64,000 nt of DNA from Planctomycetota bacterium. GTDB taxonomy: Bacteria > Planctomycetota > GCA-002687715 > DRQF01. Both the position numbers and the translations under genes were made by a program. The notes below the pieces were generated by a model. That model was not told the origin of the DNA. It did not search any database and saw only the letters and a program-made list of their open reading frames with translations. The stretch spans positions 39,760 to 103,759 of the forward strand of contig JACKGY010000007.1 in assembly GCA_020639295.1 (NCBI GenBank). The letters are read 5' to 3'. This document shows positions 8,863 to 18,114 of this stretch, piece after piece. The first letter of the stretch is position 1. Each line of letters starts with the position of its first letter.

Positions 8863-9990
8863 ATGAGCCCTAGCGCCCGCCATCGCGACCGCATCGTCAT
8901 CGTCGGCGCCGGCCTCGCTGGCGCCGCAACCGCCTGCCACCTCGCCGCCAACGGTCATCGCGACCTCGTCATCCTGGAGAAGGAGCGGCTGCCCGGCATG
9001 CACTCGTCCGGCCGCAACGCGGCGATGATCCGCCAGGTCGTCCGCCCCACCGCGGTCGCCCGGATGGCGCGCGAGGGCGCCCGCGCCCTCGCCGAGCTGG
9101 CCGGGCCCGCGGCGGGCTTCGGCTTCGTCCAGAACGGCTCGCTCCTGCTCGGTTCGCGGGCCGGGCTCGCGGCCCTTCGCGACGAACTCGCCGGCGCCGG
9201 CGCGCTGGCTCCGGATTGCGAGCTGATCACGGGCGAGGGACTGGCCCTGGAGGTCCAGGCCCTCGAGGGCTGCCGGGCCGAGGCCGCGCTCTGGACACCC
9301 GGCGACGGCGTGGTCGACGTCGCCGGCCTGCTCGACCACTACCTCCGCGAGGCCAGGCGTCGCGGCGCCACCCTGATGACCGAGACCCAGTTCTTCGACG
9401 TCGTGCGCGAGGGCGACCGCATCGTGGGCGTCCAGACCAGCGCCGGCTACATCGAAGCCGGCGTCCTGGTCAACGCGGCCGGTCCCTGGGTCGGCAAGGT
9501 GGCCGAGATCGCCGGGGCCAGCCCGATCCCCTTCGCGCCGCTTCGACGCCACCTCTTCTTCACCGGCCCCCTCGACGACGTCGATCCGGCCTGGCCCTTC
9601 TGCTGGGACGTCGAGAACGACTGGTACATCCGCCCCGAGTCCGGGGGCCTCCTGCTCTGCGCCGGTGACGAGAGCCTGGTCGCGGCGGGCGAGCCGGACC
9701 TCGATCCGGCCATCACCAACCTGCTCGAGGAGAAGCTCCAGGCCCATGCTCCGGGCCTGGGCGACCTGCCCATCGCCCGGCTCTGGGCCGGGCTCAGGAC
9801 CTTCAGCCCCGACCGCTCCTTCGTCATCGGCTGGGACCCGCGGCTCGAGGGCTTCTTCTGGGTGGCGGGTCTCGGCGGCCATGGCGTCACCACCTCCTGG
9901 GAGGTGGGCCGGCTCGCCGCGCGCCTGATCGGTGGCAAGGCGGAGCCCATGGCGAGTTCCTTCGCGGTCGACCGGTTCGAGGATCGTTGA
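8863..9990 (+). CDS. FAD-dependent oxidoreductase (DAO / glycine oxidase-like).
   Basis: The N-terminal dinucleotide-binding motif is IVIVGAGLAGAATACHLA. The 375-aa protein has DAO-family architecture. Confidence 0.8.
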   Translation: MSPSARHRDRIVIVGAGLAGAATACHLAANGHRDLVILEKERLPGMHSSGRNAAMIRQVVRPTAVARMAREGARALAELAGPAAGFGFVQNGSLLLGSRAGLAALRDELAGAGALAPDCELITGEGLALEVQALEGCRAEAALWTPGDGVVDVAGLLDHYLREARRRGATLMTETQFFDVVREGDRIVGVQTSAGYIEAGVLVNAAGPWVGKVAEIAGASPIPFAPLRRHLFFTGPLDDVDPAWPFCWDVENDWYIRPESGGLLLCAGDESLVAAGEPDLDPAITNLLEEKLQAHAPGLGDLPIARLWAGLRTFSPDRSFVIGWDPRLEGFFWVAGLGGHGVTTSWEVGRLAARLIGGKAEPMASSFAVDRFEDR

Positions 9991-10012
9991 ACGGATCTGG
10001 CCGGGTCCGCGC

Positions 10013-11128
10013 TCAGCCGACGATCTCGACCGCGCCGTTGGCGATCAGCTCGTCCAGGATCGACCGGGCCTCGAAGCGGCTGCCCCCCACCATCTCCAGG
10101 ACCTCGCCGAGGCAGCGTTCCTGGCGGAGCGCGACCATCAGGCCCTGGAACATGGCCAGGCTGTCGTCGTCCGACCAGTCGAGCGCCACGCCGGTGGACC
10201 GGAGCCGCGTCTCCGGGCGACCGAGGGGCCCGGCCTCGAGTCGGCGGTTCTCGTCGACGATCCGGGCGCAGTCCATGAGCAGCCCCATTCCGGTCATGCC
10301 CCCCAACCCGAGCGGACATTCCTCGGCCATCTCCCGGGCCTCGTCGCTCTCGACGTAGAAGAAGCGGTACTGGGCGAGATCGCCGAGGAAGAGCTGTCGG
10401 AAGGCGGAAAGGCCGGTGAGCTGGCCGAACCGGCAGGCCGCGACGCGACCACAGGCGACCAGGATGTCGGCCACGGCATCGTCGCGATCGTCGAGCAGGG
10501 TGAGGGTGCCGGCCGCCTCCTCGTTGCCGATGACGCTCTGCAGGACGACGGCCAGGTCGAAATGGGCGAGGCTGCCCTCGAGCTGTCGTTGCGCGGCCGG
10601 CGCCATGTCGGCCCGTTTGACCGCGCCCATCAGCCGACCGGCGAGGTCACGGACCAGGCGGGCGGCGATGACCGGCATCGCCTCGAGCGCCTTCATGAAG
10701 GCCGTCCCCGGGATGGTGAGCACCTGTCCGCCCTCGCGGAGGATGCCGGCGGAGCGATGCTTCCCCCCGGTGATCGCCCCGAGCAGACCGATCAGATCGC
10801 CCGGCCCGATCAGGGCCACGGCCCCCGAGCTGCCCTCGTGCTCGCGCTGGATCTCGACGATGCCGGTGACCACGGCCTGGATCGAACCGCAGTCGTCGCC
10901 CGCGGCGAAGAGCACGGCGCCGGGCGCGTAGTCCTCGACCACGCCGAGCGATACGAAACGCTCGAGCTCGGACTTGGGTGCGCCGCCGATCAGGTCGTTG
11001 GAACGGAGGAAGGCCGTGCGCGAGCCCGCGTTGACGATCGCCCGCATCGAGGTGGTCTCGCGCGACTTGCGCGTGATGTTCTCGAGGCGATCGAGGATCA
11101 GATTGACATCGGTCGTGTTGATGGCCAT
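10013..11128 (-). CDS. Cyclic-nucleotide-binding domain protein with a C-terminal DUF4388-like domain.
   Basis: The cNMP beta-roll ..GDDCGSIQAVVTGIVEI..GPGDLIGLLGAITGGKHRSAGILREGGQVLTIPGTAFMKAL.. is present. The C-terminal ..FDLAVVLQSVIGNEEAAGTLTLL.. is DUF4388-like. Confidence 0.7.
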   Translation of the reverse strand: MAINTTDVNLILDRLENITRKSRETTSMRAIVNAGSRTAFLRSNDLIGGAPKSELERFVSLGVVEDYAPGAVLFAAGDDCGSIQAVVTGIVEIQREHEGSSGAVALIGPGDLIGLLGAITGGKHRSAGILREGGQVLTIPGTAFMKALEAMPVIAARLVRDLAGRLMGAVKRADMAPAAQRQLEGSLAHFDLAVVLQSVIGNEEAAGTLTLLDDRDDAVADILVACGRVAACRFGQLTGLSAFRQLFLGDLAQYRFFYVESDEAREMAEECPLGLGGMTGMGLLMDCARIVDENRRLEAGPLGRPETRLRSTGVALDWSDDDSLAMFQGLMVALRQERCLGEVLEMVGGSRFEARSILDELIANGAVEIVG

Positions 11129-11270
11129 GCGACGCGATCCGGCAGGCTATGGGCAGGCCTTGCTCCGAAGCCCTGGCCCCGATCCTGCTTTCGGCAGGGA
11201 CCGGTCGGATCGTGGACTGAATCCGCGGCGCAAGTTGATGCAGGGCCGGGCTTCCGGTCCGCTGCCCGCG

Positions 11271-13070
11271 TCAGTCGAGCGCCATCCACTCGAAGTAGCC
11301 GATCATCATCTCGTCGTCGGTCTGCAGGCCGAAGTAGACGTCGGTGTCCGGATTGGGATTGGCCGGATTGCCCGCGGTGTTGTCGAACCAGCCGGTCGCC
11401 CTGATCCGGGTGCCGGCGGGCACGTCATAGGGCTTCTGCAGCCGGTAGGCCTGCTGCCAGTTGAAATCGAAGTGCGGCACCCAGAGGACGCGTTCCTCCT
11501 TGCCGTCGGGGTAGAAGAGATCCATCGCGAAGGCCTGGCCGCGCGCATGCATGTGGGGCACGTAGCCGAAGATGCGGCTCTTGCTCGGGAAGGTGAACTC
11601 GGCCGGCACGACGACGTCCTTCGTCCGCGGCGGCAGGTGGATCTCGCGGGTCGAGGCCGCGTTGCAGCGAATCGAGTACTTCGGTGGGCCGTCGCGGAAC
11701 TTGAAGCCGATCCGCGGCCGGTCCCAGACCTCCTTGCCGATCGCGTTGTAGTGGATCTGGAAGAGCAGGCGCTGGCGCTTCTTGAGCAGCTTGGCCCGGT
11801 CGGCCGGGTACTCGATCGGCTCGACCCCGGGCGAGTGGATGGCGAAGAAGCCCTGGAGGGCCAGGTGCCCGAGGAACTGGGGGTTGGAGTCGAGGTGCTC
11901 GTCGTAGTGGTAGAAGACGAGGATGTGGTGCACGACCTCCGGGTGGTCGGAACGGAGTTCGATCTTCTCGATCCACTTGTCCTCGGGGAAGTCGGTCTCG
12001 ATCACCTCGTACTTGTAGGGGATGTCGCCCTCGGCGGGGACGCGGATCTTGCGTTCGACGCTGATCACCGCGTCCGGAGTGCCGATCTTCCAGCCTTCGG
12101 TGTAGGGCAAGGGCTCGGGCGCGCCGGCGGGATCGCCTTCCGGGCAGCCGTTCTCGATCCAGTCGAGCAGGGCCTTCTTCTCGGCCTCGGGCATGCGCAG
12201 ATCGTCGAGCCAGGGCCCGCCGACCTCGTCGGCGGCATACCAGGGCGGCATCAGGTTCTTCTTGAGGGTGAAGCGGATCATGCCCTTGCGCGAGGCCACG
12301 TCATCGTAGGTGACCAGCTCGAAGGGCGCGTTCTCACCCTCCCGATGACAGCGCTGGCAGTACTTCTGCATGATCCGGCTGATCCGGCCATGGAAGGTGA
12401 TGCTCGGTTCCTCCTTCTTCTCGACCTCGAGCGCGAGCATGCAGCCGGGAGCGGTGGTCGCCGCCGGCTTCGGGTCGCGACCGGCCAGGATCGCGTCGAG
12501 CGCGTCGAGGGCGAAGCGGACCCGCGGCGCGTCGAGCGCGTAGCCGAGACCGTACTGGTCGTCGAGGGCCCCGCGATAGCGCAGCCGGCGCTCGGCGTCG
12601 AACAGGAAGACCTCGGTGGTCGAGGTCGCCGCCAGCTTGCGGGCGATGACCTGGCCGCGATCGGCATGGTAGAGGCCGGTCAGCTCGAAATCGGCGACCT
12701 CCCCCTTCATCATCTCGAGGGTCTCGTGGTCCATCGGATTGAGGTAGACCACCCGAAGCCGCTCCGCCTGCTCCTTCTCGAGCCGGGCCAGGGAGGGGCC
12801 GTACTTGCGACAGAGGGGACAGGTCGAGTCGCGGAGCACGAAGAGGGTCGCCTTCTTGCCGGCGTGGTCGCTCCAGCGCTGCTCCTTGCCGTCGAGGCCC
12901 TTCAGGACCATGTCCTCGAAGCGCTCGCCGAGGTGGGCCCGCGAGGCCTCCTCGCTGCTGGCCACCATGCGGCCGGACGCGTCCTCGTCGCCCTGCCCCC
13001 GGGAGCGAGGCGCGGCGGTGCCGAGGAGGACGAGGAAGGCGAGGACGAGTCGGGCGGTGGATCGGTTCAT
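11271..13070 (-). CDS. Secreted thioredoxin-like (TlpA/redoxin) domain fused to a copper type II ascorbate-dependent monooxygenase-like (PHM/DBH) domain.
   Basis: The signal peptide is MNRSTARLVLAFLVLLGTAAP. The redoxin region is ..LFVLRDSTCPLCRK... The copper-site ligands are in PHM order: HH (VVHHILVFYH), H (FAIHSPG), HxH (PHMHARG) and M (DDEMMIG). The upstream 48 codons of the track ORF (to 13214) have low GC3 and rare codons, so the start is set at 13070. Confidence 0.75.
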   Translation of the reverse strand: MNRSTARLVLAFLVLLGTAAPRSRGQGDEDASGRMVASSEEASRAHLGERFEDMVLKGLDGKEQRWSDHAGKKATLFVLRDSTCPLCRKYGPSLARLEKEQAERLRVVYLNPMDHETLEMMKGEVADFELTGLYHADRGQVIARKLAATSTTEVFLFDAERRLRYRGALDDQYGLGYALDAPRVRFALDALDAILAGRDPKPAATTAPGCMLALEVEKKEEPSITFHGRISRIMQKYCQRCHREGENAPFELVTYDDVASRKGMIRFTLKKNLMPPWYAADEVGGPWLDDLRMPEAEKKALLDWIENGCPEGDPAGAPEPLPYTEGWKIGTPDAVISVERKIRVPAEGDIPYKYEVIETDFPEDKWIEKIELRSDHPEVVHHILVFYHYDEHLDSNPQFLGHLALQGFFAIHSPGVEPIEYPADRAKLLKKRQRLLFQIHYNAIGKEVWDRPRIGFKFRDGPPKYSIRCNAASTREIHLPPRTKDVVVPAEFTFPSKSRIFGYVPHMHARGQAFAMDLFYPDGKEERVLWVPHFDFNWQQAYRLQKPYDVPAGTRIRATGWFDNTAGNPANPNPDTDVYFGLQTDDEMMIGYFEWMALD

Positions 13071-13210
13071 GCTTCGGGTCCGGCAGTCCAGGTGAGCTAC
13101 CCTTTTACCAAGCGAGCGGCGCGCGAGTCCCCGACCGGGAAAGAACTGCGACGATTCGTCCGCGACGGCAAGCAACCGGCGGCGCGCGCCATGGTGACCG
13201 GCGCAACCGG

Positions 13211-14443
13211 TCAACCGGCTCGGCCCGGCCGGCGTCCGCCGAGCCAGGCCAGGGTCGCCACCAGGGCCGTGGTCAGCTCGGCGGCCACCAGGAGCCAGGC
13301 CGCGGTCGGAGCCTCGAGCCGCGCTCCGAACCAGAGCACGCCGGCCAGCGAGACCGCGCAGCCCGCGGCGCTGGCGAGAAGCTCGAGGCCGGGGCGCGAG
13401 AGCGCGATCAGGGCATAGCGCGGGTGCCCGGAGAGAAAGGCCACCGCCAGGAGCCCGCCGAGGATCGCCAGCGGTCGCGCCGCGCCGGCCGATCCCGGGC
13501 CGTAGACCAGCGCGACCACCGAGGGGGCGAGCAGGACGCCCAGGGGCAGGGCGACCAGGACCAGGGCCGCCACCAGGACGATCGAGCGCCGCAGCAGCCG
13601 CGCCAGGGCCGGAGGGTCGGCGACGCGCCGGGACATCTCGGGCAGGAGGTTGACGAAGTAGAGCCAGACCAGGGCATGCAGGGCGATCACCAGGCGATGG
13701 GCGGCGCCGAAGCGCGCGGTCTCGGCCGCGGAGACGAAGAGGTAGAGACCGAGCAGGGGCGCGAACAGGCGCAGCGCCCAGACCAGGCTCGAGATCGCCA
13801 GCGGCAGGCTCTCCCGCAGGACCCGACCGAGCTGACCCGGGTCGCGGCGCAACCCCAGCGGCCCGATTCGTCGGCGCAGGAGGATCTGCTGCAGGAGCAC
13901 GGCGATCGCGTAGGCGCCGGCGTCGAGCATGGGGACCCGCAGGATCTGTTCCGGGGTCGCGACCAGGGCGAAGACGCCGCCGGCGAAGAGCAGCTGTCGC
14001 AGGAGCGAGCTACCCGCGACCACCGCCATCTCGCCCCGGGCCTCGAAGGCCCAGTTGAGCAGGAAGGGCGCCGGCAGGAGCACGAGCGAGTAGCCGAGGA
14101 TCAGGAGCCGCGCGCCGAGATCGCCGGGCGAGAGCAGGTGGGCGAGGCCCAATCCGAAGAGGACGACGACCAGGAGCAGGAGCCGAAGACGCAGGATGCG
14201 GCCGGCCAGCGGCGCGGTCTCCTCCGGCCGCCGCGCGGCCTCGCGGGCCCCGTAGGGCGCGAGCCCGGCGTCGAGCACGAGGTTGGCGACGAAGAGCAGA
14301 CCGAGGGCGTACTCGAGGTCGCCGTAGCGGGACTCGCCGAGGACCCGCCAGAGGCGGCCGAAGACCAGGAGCGCGATCAGCTTGCCGCCGATCTCGCCGG
14401 CATAGAGGAAGAGAAGGCCCAGACCCAGGCGTCGTCTACTCAT
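13211..14443 (-). CDS. Polysaccharide biosynthesis protein / oligosaccharide flippase (MOP superfamily, Wzx-like).
   Basis: The protein is 410 aa, polytopic, and Leu/Ala/Arg-rich with about 12 hydrophobic segments. It lies within the glycan locus. Confidence 0.75.
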   Translation of the reverse strand: MSRRRLGLGLLFLYAGEIGGKLIALLVFGRLWRVLGESRYGDLEYALGLLFVANLVLDAGLAPYGAREAARRPEETAPLAGRILRLRLLLLVVVLFGLGLAHLLSPGDLGARLLILGYSLVLLPAPFLLNWAFEARGEMAVVAGSSLLRQLLFAGGVFALVATPEQILRVPMLDAGAYAIAVLLQQILLRRRIGPLGLRRDPGQLGRVLRESLPLAISSLVWALRLFAPLLGLYLFVSAAETARFGAAHRLVIALHALVWLYFVNLLPEMSRRVADPPALARLLRRSIVLVAALVLVALPLGVLLAPSVVALVYGPGSAGAARPLAILGGLLAVAFLSGHPRYALIALSRPGLELLASAAGCAVSLAGVLWFGARLEAPTAAWLLVAAELTTALVATLAWLGGRRPGRAG

Positions 14444-14613
14444 GCGGGACCCGTCTCGAGGTCATAAATATTTCCCTGCCAAGGGCCACCGTCGCGACAT
14501 AACATAGCCCGGTCGGTTGCCTTGTCACCCCGGATTCAGCTCGCGAAAGCCACCCTGACGACGATGCTTCGCCACGCCCCCCAGGTCGCTTCCCCTGCCT
14601 CGAGGTCCGCCCG

Positions 14614-15384
14614 GTGATCCCGGAGCAGCCCGAACTCTCGCTGGTGGTCCCCTGTTACAACGAGGAAGCCGTCCTCGGCTTCACGGTACCCCAGCTCCAT
14701 GGCGCCTTCGCGGCGGCCGGGATCGCCATCGAGCTGATCCTGGTGGACAACGGCTCCACCGATCGGACCGGCGCCATCATCGCGGATTTCGTCGCCGACG
14801 GCCTGCCGGTGCGCCCGGTACGGGTCGAGACCAACATCGGCTACGGCAACGGCATCCTCCAGGGCATCGCGGTCGCCCGGGGCCGCTACGTCGGGATGAT
14901 CCCCGCCGACGGCCAGGTCGACGCCGTGGACGTGGTCAAGCTCTACCAGGTGCTCGCCCAGGCCGGCCCCGGACTGATGGCCAAGGTGCGGCGCCGCTTC
15001 CGTCTCGACGGCCTCCGGCGCAAGATCATCTCGGTCTGCTACAACCTCTTCGTCTTCCTGCTCTTCCCCAACCTGGGCTCGATCGACGTCAACGGCAGCC
15101 CGAAGATCCTCCCGGCCGAGGCCTTGCGCCGCATGGAACTCGAATCGCGCCAGTGGTTCCTCGACCCCGAGATCATGATCAAGGCCAAGGTCCTGGGCCT
15201 GCGGGTCCTGGAGATGAACGTCTTCGCTCAGATGCGGTCCGCGGGCACCTCGCACGTGCGCATGGGAACCTGCTGGGAGTTCTTCCGCAAGCTGGTCGCC
15301 ATGCGCTTCGGTCACGGCATCCGGGCCTGGAAGCGTAGCCTGCGCCCGGGCGCGGCGCCGCTGGCCCGCGGGGACGAGGCCTGA
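14614..15384 (+). CDS. GT2 glycosyltransferase (polyprenyl-phosphate sugar transferase-like).
   Basis: The motifs ..LSLVVPCYNEE.. and ..LVDNGSTDRT.. and a DxD region are present. The GTG start is at 14614. Confidence 0.85.
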   Translation: MIPEQPELSLVVPCYNEEAVLGFTVPQLHGAFAAAGIAIELILVDNGSTDRTGAIIADFVADGLPVRPVRVETNIGYGNGILQGIAVARGRYVGMIPADGQVDAVDVVKLYQVLAQAGPGLMAKVRRRFRLDGLRRKIISVCYNLFVFLLFPNLGSIDVNGSPKILPAEALRRMELESRQWFLDPEIMIKAKVLGLRVLEMNVFAQMRSAGTSHVRMGTCWEFFRKLVAMRFGHGIRAWKRSLRPGAAPLARGDEA

Positions 15385-16481
15385 TGCTCCCCTATCTCCA
15401 GCAGCAGGCGATCTACGCCCTGGCCAGCCTCGTGGTCATGCTGGTCGTCTGGCGTCTGCTCGGCCGCCTGGCCCGCGAACCGCTCCGCCGGATGCTCTGC
15501 TGCCTCGGCGGCTTCGCCCTGATCCTCCTGGTCTACGCCCTGGTCACCGGCTTCGACGCCGGCGGTTCGAACCTCGCCGGCTTCCGCCTGATCGCCTTCG
15601 GCTACTACGGCTTCGGCATCGTGCTGCCGCTGGTCGGCCTCCTGCAGTGGCGGCGCAGCAAGGCCGCGGCCCTGTTCTCCCTGCCGATCCTGGCCATCTC
15701 CCTCTGGGCCGCCCTGGGCGAGCCGGATCGTCTCCAGACCCGGGCCGAGACCGTCCGGGTCGAGCGTTTCGCCACCGGCCGGCCGATCCGCATCGTCCAC
15801 GTCTCCGACCTGCAGACCGTCGGCCATTGCGAGCGCGAAGACGAGGCCCTGCGCCGGATCGCGGCCTGGAAGCCCGACCTGATCGTCTTCTCCGGCGACT
15901 ACCTGGCCGGCCCCTTCGAGGACCCCGAGCCGGCGATGGCCGCCGCCCGGCGCTTCCTCGCCGGCCTGCACGCGCGGCTCGGCGTCGTGGTCGTCGACGG
16001 CCATGCCGAACCCCGCCGTCTGCGCGAGCGGCTCTTCGAGGGCCTCGACCTGATCTACCTCAAGGACGAAGGCGCGAGTTTCGATCTCGGCGACGGCCGC
16101 CGGCTGCGGGTCTTCGGCGCCACGGTGCACGACCCCGACCTCGACGGCTTGCGGCCTCCGGCCGACCCGGGCGAGCTCTCCATCGTGGTCTCCCACATGC
16201 CCGACCTCTCGCCCGAACTCGATGGCCGCGGCGTCGACCTGCACGTCGCCGGCCACACCCATGGCGGCCAGATCTGCGTGCCCGGATTCGGCGCGATCCT
16301 CACCCTCTCCGCCCTGCCCCGGCGCTACGCGCGAGGCCTCCATCGTTTCGGCGATCATCGGCTGAACGTCTGCGCCGGCCTCGGCATGGAGGGCGACCAC
16401 GCCCCGCGGATCCGCCTGTTCTGCCCGCCGGAGATCTGCTTCATCGAGGTCGAGGGCGGCGCGCCGCCGCCGGGCCGCTGA
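15384..16481 (+). CDS. Membrane-anchored metallophosphoesterase (calcineurin-like).
   Basis: N-terminal transmembrane helices are followed by ..IVHVSDLQ.., ..GDYL.. and ..GHTHGGQ.. motifs. The ATG overlaps the upstream stop (TGATG). Confidence 0.8.
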   Translation: MLPYLQQQAIYALASLVVMLVVWRLLGRLAREPLRRMLCCLGGFALILLVYALVTGFDAGGSNLAGFRLIAFGYYGFGIVLPLVGLLQWRRSKAAALFSLPILAISLWAALGEPDRLQTRAETVRVERFATGRPIRIVHVSDLQTVGHCEREDEALRRIAAWKPDLIVFSGDYLAGPFEDPEPAMAAARRFLAGLHARLGVVVVDGHAEPRRLRERLFEGLDLIYLKDEGASFDLGDGRRLRVFGATVHDPDLDGLRPPADPGELSIVVSHMPDLSPELDGRGVDLHVAGHTHGGQICVPGFGAILTLSALPRRYARGLHRFGDHRLNVCAGLGMEGDHAPRIRLFCPPEICFIEVEGGAPPPGR

Positions 16482-16580
16482 CTGGGGAATGATGCAATCG
16501 GATCCGCTGGGACTGTGCTGCCCGGGATGCCGACATAAGATGAGCGCCGGACGAGACGAGGGGCGCGAAGACACGAGGAC

Positions 16581-18074
16581 ATGGTCGACCAGCCCAAGGA
16601 CGAGAAGAGGCCCTGCAAACGACTGACGGACGGGGACCGTACCGTGGTCATCGGCGGCGGTCCCGCGGGCCTCACCGCCGCCTACCAGCTGGCGCGGGCC
16701 GGCCGCAAGGTCACCGTGCTCGAGGCCTCGGACATGGTCGGCGGCATCTCGCGCACCGCGGTCTACAAGGGCTATCGCTTCGACATCGGCGGCCATCGCT
16801 TCTTCACCAAGATCGAGCCGGTGCAGCGCCTCTGGGAGGAGATCCTCGACGAGGAGTTCATGAGCGTGCCGCGGCTGTCGCGCATCCACTATCGCGGCAA
16901 GTTCTTCGACTACCCGCTCAAGGCCAAGAACGCCCTCAGGGGCCTCGGCATCTTCAACGCGATCGCCATCGTCTGGAGCTACTTCCAGGCCCAGCTCCGG
17001 CCGAGTCCGGTCGAGGAGAACTTCGAGCAGTGGGTGTCGAACCGCTTCGGCAAGCGGCTCTACGAGATCTTCTTCAAGACCTACACCGAGAAGGTCTGGG
17101 GCATCCCCTGCACCGAGATCCGCGCCGAGTGGGCGGCGCAGCGCATCCAGAACCTCTCGCTCGGCAAGGCCATCCTCAACGCCGCCGCGGTCAACCGGCG
17201 CTCGACCAAGATCAAGAGCCTGATCGACGAGTTCCGCTACCCACGGCTCGGTCCCGGGCAGATGTGGGAGCAGTGCCGCGACCGCATCCGCGCCTTCGGC
17301 GGCGAGGTGCTGATGGAGACCCGCGCGGTCGGCATCGAGATGAAGGACGGCGCGGCGGTGGCGGTCGAGATCGAGGGCCCCGAAGGCCGCCGACGCCTGG
17401 CCGCCGACCACGTCATCTCCAGCATGCCGGTGCGCGACCTCGTGCGCGCCCTCGGTGACGCGGTTCCGGCGGTGGCGCGCGAAGGTGGCGAGGGCCTGCG
17501 CTACCGCGACTTCCTCGTGGTCGCGCTGATGATCGATCAGAAGGACCTCTTTCCCGACAACTGGATCTACGTCCACACGCCGGGCGTGAAGGTCGGGCGC
17601 ATCCAGAACTTCAACAACTGGAGCCGTGACCTGGTCCCCGACCCGACCAAGACCTGCCTCGGCCTCGAGTACTTCTGTTTCGAGGGCGACGGGCTCTGGT
17701 CGGCCGCCGACGGCGACCTGGTGGAGCTGGCCAAGAAGGAGATCGCCGCCCTCGGCCTCGCCGACGCCGCCAAGGTCTTCGACGGCTGCGTCATCCGCCA
17801 GGAGAAGGCCTACCCGATCTACGATTCCGTCTATCGCGACCACCTGCAGTGCGTGCGGGAGTTCATCGACACGATCCCCAACCTGCACCCGATCGGCCGC
17901 AACGGCATGCACAAGTACAACAACCAGGACCACTCCATGCTCACCGCCATGATGGCGATCTGGAACATGGAGGGCGCCGACCACGACATCTGGGCCGTGA
18001 ACACCGACTACGAGTATCACGAGGAGCAGAAGCTCGAGCCCGAGAAGGAGCCCGCGAACTCGCCGCGCGGCTGA
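16581..18074 (+). CDS. NAD(P)/FAD-dependent oxidoreductase (amine-oxidase / UGM-like fold), glycan-locus associated.
   Basis: The dinucleotide-binding motif is VVIGGGPAGLTAAYQLA. It is paralogous to the 26267..27676 protein, sharing ..GG..R..G..D.GGHR.. and ..SRI..GK...YPLK... Confidence 0.8.
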   Translation: MVDQPKDEKRPCKRLTDGDRTVVIGGGPAGLTAAYQLARAGRKVTVLEASDMVGGISRTAVYKGYRFDIGGHRFFTKIEPVQRLWEEILDEEFMSVPRLSRIHYRGKFFDYPLKAKNALRGLGIFNAIAIVWSYFQAQLRPSPVEENFEQWVSNRFGKRLYEIFFKTYTEKVWGIPCTEIRAEWAAQRIQNLSLGKAILNAAAVNRRSTKIKSLIDEFRYPRLGPGQMWEQCRDRIRAFGGEVLMETRAVGIEMKDGAAVAVEIEGPEGRRRLAADHVISSMPVRDLVRALGDAVPAVAREGGEGLRYRDFLVVALMIDQKDLFPDNWIYVHTPGVKVGRIQNFNNWSRDLVPDPTKTCLGLEYFCFEGDGLWSAADGDLVELAKKEIAALGLADAAKVFDGCVIRQEKAYPIYDSVYRDHLQCVREFIDTIPNLHPIGRNGMHKYNNQDHSMLTAMMAIWNMEGADHDIWAVNTDYEYHEEQKLEPEKEPANSPRG

Positions 18075-18114
18075 ACGGTCGGGTCGCTGTCACCCTCTGG
18101 CACGGGACGATGAT

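Noticed and set aside
13071-13214. 48-codon N-terminal extension of the Trx-Cu-monooxygenase ORF, overlapping the flippase stop.
   Set aside because: A signal peptide must be N-terminal. The extension has low GC3 and rare codons (AAA, AGG, GTA, GGA, CTT), typical of non-coding sequence in this genome.
9932-13418. Long plus-strand ORFs 9932..11404 and 10974..13418 (490 and 814 aa).
   Set aside because: They are antisense to the cNMP-binding gene and the Trx-Cu-monooxygenase gene. The translations are Arg/Gly/Asp-rich with no recognisable domains, whereas the minus-strand products have clear family signatures.
15312-18020. 902-aa minus-strand ORF spanning the phosphoesterase and FAD-oxidoreductase genes.
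   Set aside because: Antisense artefact. The plus-strand genes have Rossmann and metallophosphoesterase motifs, and the minus translation is low-complexity.
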